Source: Patescibacteria group bacterium
GTDB taxonomy: Bacteria; Patescibacteriota; Microgenomatia; UBA1400; PJMF01
Reading direction: 5' to 3'
DNA: 64,000 nucleotides
Assembly (NCBI GenBank): GCA_039934415.1
Contig: JBDTME010000007.1
Location: forward strand, 3,955-67,954
Both the position numbers and the translations under genes were made by a program. The notes below the pieces were generated by a model. It did no database searches, was not told the origin of the DNA, and worked only from the letters and a program-made list of their open reading frames with translations. The stretch's first letter is position 1. Every line of letters begins with the position of its first letter. This document shows positions 48,871-58,881 of the stretch, one piece after another.

Positions 48871-49773
48871 ATGCAATTCAATAAAAAGCTCTTCCAATGG
48901 ATCAAAACGTTTCGAATCTCGATAGTCGGTTCTTTAACTGATTTAAATTATTACTTGGAAATTTTAAATACACCAACTCGATTTTCGATTAAAGTCGTGG
49001 CCATGTTTTATCTCTTGTTGGGTATTGTGTTAACAGGCATTTTTATCGTCAAAGATCTGCCTAAAATTAATGCAACTTTCAATTCTATTCGAACAGAGCT
49101 CACCACCACCTACCCCGATAATTTAGTATTTGACTGGCGGGATCAAAGACTCAGTTCAAACTCCGATCAACCAGTAGTCGTGCCATTTCCAGCAATTACT
49201 CAACCACTCGATACAGCACCACAACACTTGGCAGTCATCGACACTCATACTGATCAAGACCCAGAAAATGTTAAAGCACTAATCTATATTACAGAAACAA
49301 AGATGTTCATTAACTCAATGCAAGGAAATTGGGCGGAAGCAAATTTATCTGATGTCATAGAAACGGAATCTGGGCACCTGGACAAACAAGAAGTTTTGAA
49401 GCAGGCTGCTGAATCAGAAGAAACACAACGACAAATTTTGCAGATCTTGCCTTGGTTGACGCTGCTCACTTTTTCACTCGGACTCTTTATTATCAGAATG
49501 CTGACAGTACTTTTTAATGCCTTGATTGTGCAACTGTTATTTCAAATTTTAAACAAACCACTCGCTTATAAAAAAGTCCTTCAGTTATGTCTTCATGCTT
49601 TAATTCCGACAGAAATCATTTATCAAATCTCAGCTAGACTTTTCCCTCACTTGAATTTCCCAATGTTTGGCTTAGCTTTCTGGCTGATCATCTCTCTCTT
49701 GATCTGGCATCTGAGACATCTGCAAGTCGTTCGTTTCAGTCTTGAAAACGATCAACATGGAAAAAAGAAGTAA
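48871..49773 (+). CDS. DUF1189-like membrane protein
   Basis: One N-terminal TM, extracellular loop, three C-terminal TM. Confidence 0.6.
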   Translation: MQFNKKLFQWIKTFRISIVGSLTDLNYYLEILNTPTRFSIKVVAMFYLLLGIVLTGIFIVKDLPKINATFNSIRTELTTTYPDNLVFDWRDQRLSSNSDQPVVVPFPAITQPLDTAPQHLAVIDTHTDQDPENVKALIYITETKMFINSMQGNWAEANLSDVIETESGHLDKQEVLKQAAESEETQRQILQILPWLTLLTFSLGLFIIRMLTVLFNALIVQLLFQILNKPLAYKKVLQLCLHALIPTEIIYQISARLFPHLNFPMFGLAFWLIISLLIWHLRHLQVVRFSLENDQHGKKK

Positions 49774-49780
49774 GTCATAT

Positions 49781-50350
49781 ATGAACATTATTCACGTTCC
49801 CAACCAACATCTCCGACAAACAACCAAACAGGTTTCACAAGTTGATCAACAACTCACCAAATTCATCGAACAGTTGCAACAAACATTGGAACAAAAGCGG
49901 AATCCACGAGGAGTTGGTCTCTCAGCGCCTCAGGTTGATGAGCACTACTCTGTCTTTGTTACGTATCTATCTCCAGAAAGAAATGAAGACGCTGCACCCA
50001 TTATGAGGACATTCATCAATCCTCAAATCGTTAAGACCTCAACGAGTAAAACGTTCGGAGAAGATCCAGAACAACCAATTTTAGAAGGCTGTTTGTCAAT
50101 CACTCATCTGTACGGACCGGTTCCCCGATTTGAATGGGTTGAGTTCGAGTATCAAGTTGTTGATGAGGGTAAACTGATAGAGAAAAAAGAGAGATTTGAT
50201 GCATTTCCTGCTCGGGTGATGCAGCACGAACTCGATCATTTACACGGTAAACTGTTCACTGATTACATCTTAGAGTTTGAGTTGCCCTTATATGATGATA
50301 CACATGGTAAATTAAAAGAAATTGATCGAAAAATCGCAGAAAAATTCTAA
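49781..50350 (+). CDS. def: Peptide deformylase
   Basis: GVGLSAPQ, EGCLS, QHELDHLHG. Confidence 0.97.
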   Translation: MNIIHVPNQHLRQTTKQVSQVDQQLTKFIEQLQQTLEQKRNPRGVGLSAPQVDEHYSVFVTYLSPERNEDAAPIMRTFINPQIVKTSTSKTFGEDPEQPILEGCLSITHLYGPVPRFEWVEFEYQVVDEGKLIEKKERFDAFPARVMQHELDHLHGKLFTDYILEFELPLYDDTHGKLKEIDRKIAEKF

Positions 50351-51304
50351 ATGACAATTGCAATCGCCGGATCGACCCATCACACAGTCATGTGTGCAGA
50401 AAAAATTCTTGAAGATTCGAGATTTGAAATATCCTGGATTTTGACGCCAGCTCCCAGACATGTGGGCCGAAAACAAGAACTCGTTCAAAACCCACTTCAC
50501 CTTTTCGCGGTACAACATGAAATTCCATTTATTTTGATTGACAAGAAAATTGATGAAACTGTCCGTGTTGAAATTACGGAAGCAAGTACAGCTACTGTCG
50601 ATTTTTTGTTAGTACTCGATTTTGGCTACATCGTTCCGAACTGGTTGTTAGAGCTACCAATGACTGCTCCAATTAATATTCACCCCTCAGATTTACCGAA
50701 GTATCGCGGCAGTAGTCCTGGGCAGTTTGTTTTACTGTATGGTGAGCAGAATTCAGCGATTTCAGTGATAGTGATGAACGATTTACTTGATCAAGGAGAC
50801 TTGATTTATCAGTTTAAATTTGATGTTCTGAGTACCTGGATGATGACTGAGTACTATCACTTCGCCTTCACCAAAATATCCGAACAATTGCCAAATGTTT
50901 TGACCGACTTTTACGCCAAAAAAATCACCGCTGAACCACAACCATTGGAAACTCCGACACCAATTGCGCGTCGCCTCACACGCAAGGATGGGTATGTTTC
51001 GTGGGGTTTGCTCAGCTCTTTAAGCGATAGGAAAAATGAACACATTTCTTCATCGACACCCTTACCTGAATCCCCTTTACTCACAGAGGTCAACCAAACT
51101 ATCAAGGATTGGCCAACGACCATCTCAAATGCGATTCGAGCTCTATCTCCCTGGCCAGGAGTCTGGACGATCGTCCATACGCCCAAAGGCGACAAACGAA
51201 TGAAGATTCTGTCGGCAAAGATCGAAAACGGTAAGTTAGAACTGGAACACGTCCAGATCGAAGGAGAACTTCCCTGTCCTTTCGAAGAAATTCAATTGAG
51301 TTAG
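50351..51304 (+). CDS. fmt: Methionyl-tRNA formyltransferase
   Basis: NIHPSDLPKYRGSSP, LDQGD, IRALSPWPG; follows def. Confidence 0.93.
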   Translation: MTIAIAGSTHHTVMCAEKILEDSRFEISWILTPAPRHVGRKQELVQNPLHLFAVQHEIPFILIDKKIDETVRVEITEASTATVDFLLVLDFGYIVPNWLLELPMTAPINIHPSDLPKYRGSSPGQFVLLYGEQNSAISVIVMNDLLDQGDLIYQFKFDVLSTWMMTEYYHFAFTKISEQLPNVLTDFYAKKITAEPQPLETPTPIARRLTRKDGYVSWGLLSSLSDRKNEHISSSTPLPESPLLTEVNQTIKDWPTTISNAIRALSPWPGVWTIVHTPKGDKRMKILSAKIENGKLELEHVQIEGELPCPFEEIQLS

Positions 51305-51312
51305 AAAAAGGA

Positions 51313-51522
51313 TTACTCGGCTTTTTTGAAGTGGGTGGTTAAACCCTGTTCCTTGAGAACGCGAAGCATCTTGGTAGGAACTTTGACGCGCTTTTTGACA
51401 CCATCAATTACCAGTGTTGCAGTGTGCAAGTTGCGTTTGAACGCATGACGTGTACGATTTTTAGCGTGGGAAACTCGGTTGCCCATTTCAGCTACTCGGG
51501 GGATTTTCAACATGTATGACAT
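51313..51522 (-). CDS. rpmB: 50S ribosomal protein L28
   Basis: GNRVSHAKNRTRH.FK.NL. Confidence 0.94.
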   Translation of the reverse strand: MSYMLKIPRVAEMGNRVSHAKNRTRHAFKRNLHTATLVIDGVKKRVKVPTKMLRVLKEQGLTTHFKKAE

Positions 51523-51669
51523 AGGTTTTGATCACTATTTAATTCAGAATGTCTGATTTTACCAGAAAAACACGCCTCTTCCAAGAGACAGAGTCAACTG
51601 CACATGAGAAATGGTATACTCATTGAGCTTTAACAAAAAAAAGGAGGTCTAAACATCATTTTTTTATCG

Positions 51670-51878
51670 AGCGTGTGGCCCTACCCTACAATCCAACATT
51701 GTAGTCGGGAGACGAGGAAAAGGGATGATCTTGGCAATACCAAGATCGATCGAACCGTTTATCAGTCCAAATGATGAACGAGTATCTACGGAGACCCTTT
51801 GGGTGACTTGAACATCCACTCAAGACCTGCGATCAAACCTGTTTGTAAGAACAGCTCAAAGTCGCTCGTTTTTTCAAG
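51670..51878 (+). ncRNA. glmS ribozyme-like riboswitch (divergent)
   Basis: AGCG 5' end, P1 CUACAAU/AUUGUAG, GACGAGG core, AUCGAA, AAAGGG/CCCUUU, CUUGAA/UUCAAG pseudoknot, directly upstream of glmS. Confidence 0.82.
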
Positions 51879-51902
51879 AAGTCAGTCCTCTGACTTTTTT
51901 TT
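51879..51902 (+). terminator. Intrinsic terminator inside the glmS leader
   Basis: AAGUCAG-UCCU-CUGACUU plus U run. Confidence 0.75.
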
Positions 51903-51960
51903 CCTATTATTGCTAGCTCTAATACACCTGATGTACTCACGTCATCGGAAAGGTTTTTGT

Positions 51961-53733
51961 ATGTGTGGAATTTTTGCAACTCTGAACGAACCCAAACATA
52001 ATGCTGCCCAGACCATCTTGAAGGGTTTAAAAACGTTGGAATACCGAGGGTATGACTCTTGGGGAATCTCGGTCATCGACTCGAATGAACAGATAAAAAC
52101 TCAGAAAAAAATTGGGAAAATTGGTGAAGGTACTACCAGTTTGCCTGAGTCGGCGATTGGCATTGGTCACACTCGATGGGCTACACACGGAGGCGTCACT
52201 GAGCAAAACGCCCATCCACACCTCGATTGTTCTGGCAAACTCTCTCTGATTCACAACGGCATCGTGGAAAATTATCAGCAGATAAAAACTCAACTGATAA
52301 AAAACGGTCATCGATTCATTTCAGAAACAGATACGGAAGTAATCGTTCATCTGATAGAAGAAACCATGAAGACAGCTTCATTCGAACAGGCAGTCATACA
52401 ATCATTCAAACGGTTAGAAGGAGCGAATGCCATTCTCGTCCTCGATGCTGCTTCAAGAACTGTAATTGCAGTCAAAAATAGCTCTCCATTGTTAGTGGGC
52501 AAAACTGCCACGTCGATTTATTTTTCTTCCGACGCGACTGCATTCATTCCCCTTACTGATCAGATCTACATTATGGAAGACGGTGATGTAATTATTGCCC
52601 ATGACAAAGAGATCCAGCGATACTCAGTGAAGAGCGGCCAGGTACTGCCACTTGAATTTAAAAAGATGGAACTATCCTCCAGACAAATTGATAAAGGAAA
52701 GTTCGCTCATTTTTTAATCAAAGAAGTTCATGAACAACCATTCATCTTGAATCAGTTGGCAAAAACAAAGTTTTCGACCTACCAACAACTCATTCACAAC
52801 ATTCAATCAGCGCCTCAGGTCGTGCTATTAGGTTGTGGCAGCGCATATCACTGTGCGTTGTTTGGAACCTATTTTTTTAATGATGCTGGCATCCTTGCTT
52901 TGGCATTTCAGGCGCATGAATTTGTGGCATTTGCTCCGAACTTGAAACCCGGTGCAATTGTGATTGCGATCTCACAAAGTGGCGAAACAATCGATACTTT
53001 GTTGGCATGTCAGGCTGCCAAAAAAGCTGGGGCAAAGTTGATCGGTCTGATCAACTCTCGCGGGTCGAGTCTTGAACGATTGGTAGATCACGCTTTTCCA
53101 GTTGGAGCAGGACCAGAAATAGCCGTCGTTTCAACCAAAGCATTCCTGGCACAAGTCAGCGCGCTCTTTTTGCTTTCGCAGGTATTAAAGGAAAAAGACT
53201 CTACACAAGGAGCTGAACAATTACAGGTGCTCGCTGACGCCATCACTGCTTTTTTGGAAAATAAAAAAGTACAAAAACAGATTAAAACATTGGCAAAAGA
53301 GCTCGTCGTTGAACCACAGTTGTTCGTCATCGGAAAAGGTCTAAATTATCCAGCAGCGTTGGAAGTAGCACTTAAAATTAAAGAAACAACCTATCTTCAT
53401 GCTGAGGGCTTTGCTGCTGGAGAATTAAAACATGGAGTACTCAGTTTGATTCAGGAAGGAACTCCTACAATCGTACTGACAAGTCAGGATGAACTCATGC
53501 AAGATACTTTCTCAAATGCAATCGAGATCCAATCGCGCGGCGGGAGAATCTTCAGTTTTTCACCAACTGTCTTTGCACAGGCTGACCTCAATATCAGGTT
53601 GCAGGATGTTGGCAAGCTGAATGCTGTGTTTAACATTGTGGTGTCACAACTACTTGCCTATGAACTCGCGTTATTGAAAAAACTCGATCCGGACAAACCC
53701 AGGAATTTGGCTAAAAGCGTTACGGTAAAATAA
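51961..53733 (+). CDS. glmS: Glutamine--fructose-6-phosphate aminotransferase
   Basis: True start MCGIF (N-terminal catalytic Cys), LEYRGYDS, HTRWATHG, SQSGET, PRNLAKSVTV. Confidence 0.98.
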   Translation: MCGIFATLNEPKHNAAQTILKGLKTLEYRGYDSWGISVIDSNEQIKTQKKIGKIGEGTTSLPESAIGIGHTRWATHGGVTEQNAHPHLDCSGKLSLIHNGIVENYQQIKTQLIKNGHRFISETDTEVIVHLIEETMKTASFEQAVIQSFKRLEGANAILVLDAASRTVIAVKNSSPLLVGKTATSIYFSSDATAFIPLTDQIYIMEDGDVIIAHDKEIQRYSVKSGQVLPLEFKKMELSSRQIDKGKFAHFLIKEVHEQPFILNQLAKTKFSTYQQLIHNIQSAPQVVLLGCGSAYHCALFGTYFFNDAGILALAFQAHEFVAFAPNLKPGAIVIAISQSGETIDTLLACQAAKKAGAKLIGLINSRGSSLERLVDHAFPVGAGPEIAVVSTKAFLAQVSALFLLSQVLKEKDSTQGAEQLQVLADAITAFLENKKVQKQIKTLAKELVVEPQLFVIGKGLNYPAALEVALKIKETTYLHAEGFAAGELKHGVLSLIQEGTPTIVLTSQDELMQDTFSNAIEIQSRGGRIFSFSPTVFAQADLNIRLQDVGKLNAVFNIVVSQLLAYELALLKKLDPDKPRNLAKSVTVK

Positions 53734-53746
53734 ACCAGTACACACA

Positions 53747-54511
53747 CTAATTTGCCTCAAATGGCAAAAGTGCTTTTAATCTAATCGCTAATGTCGACAA
53801 CGTCCTATTGCCGATTTCATTTGAGAGCACTTCTGTAACTTTTTGTATATTCTTTACAATTACGCGAGCAGATTCAACTTGATTGTCATCTAAGTTCTCT
53901 TGAGAATTTAGAAAATAGCGAAGTGATTGGGCAAGGAGTGCAGCACGAGTTCGATCAGAGACAACTAACCTATTTATCGCAAATAAATAGATCCAGCCTC
54001 GCAATTCATCAGCTTTTTTCTTTATTAAACCATAGTTACTACTTAATACTTCGATGGGTACAGCAGAGCCTTGATCACACAAATAGTTCATATCTAAGTA
54101 TTTTTGTTCAAAAGATGCAACAACTTGCAACGCTTCGTTATATCGTGGCGAATGTGGATGAGTAAGTTTATTCACTTGAACTGAAACCTTCTCATACTCT
54201 GCTTGAATTTCTAGTGAGTCTATCGGGGGAATTTCATCCAATAGATGATTTGGTTGTTTTTTTTCTATAAGTTCTAAGTATTTGGCAAGATCTGGAACTA
54301 AACTCTCAATCATTTCTTCATCTGCAAGTTGTCTGTGAAGTTCAATCTCATCAACACAGTACTGAATCCCGGCACTTCCTAAAATTAGTGTTTCCGTCGG
54401 CGCTAATTTCGTCAGAACAAGATATAAACGTTCCTGGATAAGGTCCTTCCAGGATGGAATTCCTATTTCTACTGATTCGTATGATTCGTACCTTCTTGTA
54501 GACATACTCAA
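53747..54511 (-). CDS. Hypothetical helical protein
   Basis: AT-rich ORF; no motif. Confidence 0.65.
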   Translation of the reverse strand: MSMSTRRYESYESVEIGIPSWKDLIQERLYLVLTKLAPTETLILGSAGIQYCVDEIELHRQLADEEMIESLVPDLAKYLELIEKKQPNHLLDEIPPIDSLEIQAEYEKVSVQVNKLTHPHSPRYNEALQVVASFEQKYLDMNYLCDQGSAVPIEVLSSNYGLIKKKADELRGWIYLFAINRLVVSDRTRAALLAQSLRYFLNSQENLDDNQVESARVIVKNIQKVTEVLSNEIGNRTLSTLAIRLKALLPFEAN

Positions 54512-54605
54512 AGTATACTATGAAATAAAAAGGCAAGCTGAAGGCCATTTCAGTTTCTAATCTTAAATATGTTGAATAAAAGGCTATAATGGATATTGTT
54601 CCACT

Positions 54606-55235
54606 ATGCTTAATCTTCTTTTTACTAATCCGCTCGTCTTCCTTATTTTTGCTGTTGGCTTGGTCATTGCAATTACCATTCATGAATTTTCCCATGCATG
54701 GGTGGCTGATCACTTGGGAGATCCAACACCTAGAGTACAAGGTCGGTTAACACTCAATCCTCTCTCCCACTTAGATCCGCTAGGTACCGTGGCATTATTG
54801 ATGATTGGGTTTGGTTGGGGAAAACCAGTTGAATTCGACCCTTACAATTTACAAAATCGTACTCGAGATGCGGCGTTGATCGCTTTGGCGGGACCTACTT
54901 CGAACCTCATCTTGGCCGTCATTGCTTCATTATTAATTCGATTTGTTTTTCCTGCATCAGATCTTATTGGTCTGGCACTTGTTCAACTCGTGATCATCAA
55001 TATCACACTGGCGATTTTCAACTTAATTCCAGTTGCTCCACTCGATGGAGAGAAAATTCTTTATGCATTCTTGCCGAAGGCAACCGCAATTGATTATCAA
55101 ATTTTTATGAGAAAAAATGGACTATTTGTGTTGCTTTTGTTGATGCTCCCTATTTTCAATGGAGTATCACCTGTCAGTAGACTCATTTCACCAGCCATTG
55201 AGTACGTCACCAGCTTACTTCTCGCTGGAATCTAA
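54606..55235 (+). CDS. Site-2 protease family protein (M50, no PDZ)
   Basis: HEFSH, GDPTP..GRLTLNP, AGPTSN, NLIPVAPLDG. Confidence 0.94.
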   Translation: MLNLLFTNPLVFLIFAVGLVIAITIHEFSHAWVADHLGDPTPRVQGRLTLNPLSHLDPLGTVALLMIGFGWGKPVEFDPYNLQNRTRDAALIALAGPTSNLILAVIASLLIRFVFPASDLIGLALVQLVIINITLAIFNLIPVAPLDGEKILYAFLPKATAIDYQIFMRKNGLFVLLLLMLPIFNGVSPVSRLISPAIEYVTSLLLAGI

Positions 55236-55246
55236 GCATTATCACT

Positions 55247-56539
55247 TTAGCAAGACTTCAGAAACTTCCTTACAAGTAACGAGTAATCAGTCAGATCAAC
55301 AAGACCATCACGGTTGATATCCGCACGTGGATTTATTGGTACTGATTTCAAAAAGTCGGTGATTAATAATGAGTAATCTGTGAGGTCCACGACATGATCA
55401 CTGTTGATGTCTTCATTGCAGCTCGTCACTGGAGTCGGCGCAGGCGAAACGCTAACTGAAGACCCTAAGTGTTTTGTCAGAATTGCCATTTGAGGAGCAT
55501 CATAGAATTTTGACTGTGCATCACAAAAAGGACCGATGCTACTGATGTCTCCATAAGGACCACCTGACCAGTAAGCACCAGAGATTTTGTTCTGATCAAG
55601 ATATGTCAGAAAGTTATCGAGAACGGTCAACCATCTTGGATCTTTATTCATCCCACCATCATATAAACACGTCTGTGTCCCCATCTTCCATCCAGCAGGC
55701 ACACCATACTCTCCTGCAAAACACTTCACATTGTTCGACACACACCAGTTTACAAAATCTTTAGCGTTATCCACTCCAATGTTGAGATTTGCATTGGGCA
55801 CATCAAAGCCATTAGGATATTGACCGTTGGGTGGCGTATCAAAATAGAAATGGGCTTCATAGATAAGATTGTTGGCGGGATCAGACATCGGTAATCCGGC
55901 TAAATGATACTTAAAGTAGTGACCATAGCCACCAGTAGAAGTAGGAACCAAAATAGGATGTGTCATGTCTACTGTCCGAATTGCTGCAATCGCAGAAGGC
56001 GCGATCGTGGTATTCCAGGTATCTCCCATATTTGGCTCGTTGATCAGATCATATCCCCACAAAGCAGCATCATCTTTGTAATGTGCAGCCAATTTCTTCC
56101 ACATATCGTTAAACGCAGCTTGCGGCACTGCAGAAGTCGCCACATTATTCCCTTTATACAAGCCAGGTAGCGGGACAAAAGCGATCTTCAATCCTCGACT
56201 GCGAGCACTCGCCATTAATGCATCCATTTGAGCCAAGTAAGTTGGATCAAGTGGACCATTCAAAGTTGGTTGCAAAAATTTCCAGGAAAAACCAGCTCGG
56301 AAATGCGTAAAGCCTTTGGTTTTAAAATACTCCATCATCGCTGGAGTCGCAAAAGCATTCGTACCGCCAAACTCACCTTGCCAACCACCAAACAAGTTTA
56401 GTCCTCTCACATATTCTTGATTTGTTGATGGGATAGAAGTGGGTGTTGGTGTAAGGGCTTGTGTTTTAACTGGCTGAACAATCAACAGCAAAAACAACAG
56501 CGATGTCAAAATAAGAAAAGTTGGAAAATGTCGGGACAT
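55247..56539 (-). CDS. Secreted GH5 glycoside hydrolase with C-terminal dockerin
   Basis: Signal peptide, DLINEP acid/base, EAHFY, AGEYG nucleophile, duplicated DINxDxxVDLTDYSLL. Confidence 0.9.
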   Translation of the reverse strand: MSRHFPTFLILTSLLFLLLIVQPVKTQALTPTPTSIPSTNQEYVRGLNLFGGWQGEFGGTNAFATPAMMEYFKTKGFTHFRAGFSWKFLQPTLNGPLDPTYLAQMDALMASARSRGLKIAFVPLPGLYKGNNVATSAVPQAAFNDMWKKLAAHYKDDAALWGYDLINEPNMGDTWNTTIAPSAIAAIRTVDMTHPILVPTSTGGYGHYFKYHLAGLPMSDPANNLIYEAHFYFDTPPNGQYPNGFDVPNANLNIGVDNAKDFVNWCVSNNVKCFAGEYGVPAGWKMGTQTCLYDGGMNKDPRWLTVLDNFLTYLDQNKISGAYWSGGPYGDISSIGPFCDAQSKFYDAPQMAILTKHLGSSVSVSPAPTPVTSCNEDINSDHVVDLTDYSLLITDFLKSVPINPRADINRDGLVDLTDYSLLVRKFLKSC

Positions 56540-56604
56540 TGGATTGTACTCAATTATACTACGCTCAGTATAGAACAATTAGGAAAAAATATGAGTAAGC
56601 AAGT

Positions 56605-57729
56605 TTATTTTTTATTCCCTGTTCCAATTGCTTCTGCAATGTGTTCAAAACCGTCTTCATGAAGAAGTTCGACAAGACCTTGATTGATCTGGCCAATGAG
56701 TTGAGGGCCTTCGTAAATCATTCCAGTGATAATTTGAATTAAACTGGCACCAAGTTTGATTTTTCGATATGCATCTTCAGCATTAAAAACACCGCCGCAC
56801 CCAATGAAAACATATCGTTTGTGAAATTCTTTGTACGCACCTTGAAGCAAGTTGTTAGTTCGTTTCTCTGTCGGCTTGCCACTGAAATTCCCCTGACCTG
56901 CGGCAGCGACTTCTTCAGGATCAAGATCTGGATTCTTGCGATCTTTAGTAAGATTTCCGATCACAGCGCCTGCAATGGTAAATTTATCGGCCGCTTTGAG
57001 TAAGGCATTTGATTCCGCAACAGTAATATCAGTCGGCATTTTAATGAAAACGGGTTTTTTAAATTTGAGCTTCTCTACTTCTTTTAGGAGCGCAGTTAAT
57101 TTTGCAGGTGTGTTGAACGGCTCGCCGGTCCTCAAGTTGGGACAACTAATATTGAGTTCGTAGTGCGTGATGCGAGGCAGGTTTTTTTCAACTTTTTGGA
57201 AAGTGATCAAAAAATTCTCAATCTGCTCTTTATCATTTTTATATTCACGGTTCGTACTCCCCACACTCAAGCCGACAGGAATGGGAAATTGTTTGGCTTG
57301 GAGTTTTTCAACAACTTCATCAATACCAGGATTTTTGTACCCCTTATTGACGAGGAGACTTCTCGATTTTGGTAACCGTCCTAGCCGAGGTTTGGGATTC
57401 CCTCCAAAGGGCTCAGCCGTAATCGTGCCCACTGTTTGAAAACCAAAGCCAACATCACCTAAAATTTGCGTCAACTGGGCGTTGTAATCAAAACCAGCAG
57501 CCAATCCTACAGGATTCGTAAAGCGAATGCCTTTGATCGTTTGCTCAAGCGCTGGATCTCGAAAAGCAAAAGTGGTGCTAAATACAGCTTGAAGAGGTGA
57601 GATTTTTCCAAAAAACTCACCATTGTTGAGCATGAACTCGTGCACTGTCTCAGCATCGAATGAAAAAAAAACTGGCTTGAGCAGTTGTTGATAGGCTTGA
57701 GCAGAAAACCGAGAAATGAATGATTGCAT
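56605..57729 (-). CDS. pyrD: Quinone-dependent dihydroorotate dehydrogenase
   Basis: NPVGLAAGFD, GNPKPRL, NISCPN, IGCGGV, IYEGP. Confidence 0.95.
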   Translation of the reverse strand: MQSFISRFSAQAYQQLLKPVFFSFDAETVHEFMLNNGEFFGKISPLQAVFSTTFAFRDPALEQTIKGIRFTNPVGLAAGFDYNAQLTQILGDVGFGFQTVGTITAEPFGGNPKPRLGRLPKSRSLLVNKGYKNPGIDEVVEKLQAKQFPIPVGLSVGSTNREYKNDKEQIENFLITFQKVEKNLPRITHYELNISCPNLRTGEPFNTPAKLTALLKEVEKLKFKKPVFIKMPTDITVAESNALLKAADKFTIAGAVIGNLTKDRKNPDLDPEEVAAAGQGNFSGKPTEKRTNNLLQGAYKEFHKRYVFIGCGGVFNAEDAYRKIKLGASLIQIITGMIYEGPQLIGQINQGLVELLHEDGFEHIAEAIGTGNKK

Positions 57730-57730
57730 A

Positions 57731-58246
57731 CTATCTGAGCACGACTATTTTTCTTTGCACTTTGAAGTATTCAGTCAGCGTCACTATAAACATCGTGAGA
57801 CTCAAAACAGCGCTAAACATACAATAGAGACAAATCGCATGGATGACAGCGAGTTGAAGATAGACCAAGTATAGAGACATGAGGACTGCCGAACTCGTTG
57901 CAGCAGCTTGTCCATAAAATAACAATTTTTCTATTGTTAAGGCTCGTGGACGCGCGTATCTCTCTACGATCTTCCATAACACTTCTTTAAATGTCAGCTC
58001 TTTTTCAACAAAAAGTCGAACTAAACTTAACCCGAGCATACTACTGTAAAAAGCCAATCCTAAAACAGATAATGGTAGTTCACCAACCATCGCATACTTA
58101 CTCTTCAATACTTTTCCGCAATCCACCCAGATGGAATTACTACAAGGTGGAACGGCATTGGAATAATGTTCGTAGGTCAAAAAACTGGCGTCGAGAATGC
58201 CCAACGAAGAAATGATTAGAATGGCTATGATGAAATAACGTCTCAT
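57731..58246 (-). CDS. Vitamin K epoxide reductase family protein
   Basis: C......C.KVL.S.YA, ICLYC active-site CxxC. Confidence 0.92.
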   Translation of the reverse strand: MRRYFIIAILIISSLGILDASFLTYEHYSNAVPPCSNSIWVDCGKVLKSKYAMVGELPLSVLGLAFYSSMLGLSLVRLFVEKELTFKEVLWKIVERYARPRALTIEKLLFYGQAAATSSAVLMSLYLVYLQLAVIHAICLYCMFSAVLSLTMFIVTLTEYFKVQRKIVVLR

Positions 58247-58314
58247 GATTTGGAGTATAGCGCGAGGATGATTGAGTGGCCAGTAGCCGCTTTTCCAGCT
58301 ATAATTGGCAGACT

Positions 58315-58869
58315 ATGGAATTCAAAAACACTCCTCTTTCTGGTGTACTCATTATTCAGCCTGACATTTTTGGTGACGAACGTGGTTATTTTTATGAGAC
58401 GTATCATAAAGTGAAATTTGTTGAGCACGGAATCACTGAAGAATTTATCCAGGATAATCAAAGTTTTTCTGAAAAAGGAATTGTTCGAGGTTTACACTTT
58501 CAAAAACCACCAACTTCACAATCGAAGCTCGTCAGAGTTATTTCCGGTGAAGTCTATGACGTCGCAGTAGATTTACGCCCGACTTCTCCAACTTTTGGGA
58601 ATTGGTTTGGCATTTATTTGTCTGGAGAAAATAAAACCATGTTGTATGTTCCAGTTGGCTTTGCTCATGGATTTTGTGTCACTTCAGAAACTGCGATTTT
58701 TTGTTACAAATGTGGCGAGCTCTATTCTAAAGACGATGAAAGCGGTATTCGGTTCGATGATCCAGATCTCAACATTGATTGGCCAGTCAAACCAGAAGAC
58801 GTAAAATTATCAGACAAAGATGCAGTTCTGAAAACGTTTGCTGAAATAAAAGGTGAATTAGCCTGGTAG
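58315..58869 (+). CDS. rfbC: dTDP-4-dehydrorhamnose 3,5-epimerase
   Basis: DERGYF.E, QDN.SFS, RGLHFQ, GFAHGF, LSDKD. Confidence 0.97.
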   Translation: MEFKNTPLSGVLIIQPDIFGDERGYFYETYHKVKFVEHGITEEFIQDNQSFSEKGIVRGLHFQKPPTSQSKLVRVISGEVYDVAVDLRPTSPTFGNWFGIYLSGENKTMLYVPVGFAHGFCVTSETAIFCYKCGELYSKDDESGIRFDDPDLNIDWPVKPEDVKLSDKDAVLKTFAEIKGELAW

Positions 58870-58881
58870 AGTACCAAAACC

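Noticed and set aside
51799-51960. N-terminal extension of glmS in the ORF track
   Set aside because: GlmS needs Cys at position 2; the extension is ribozyme and terminator sequence
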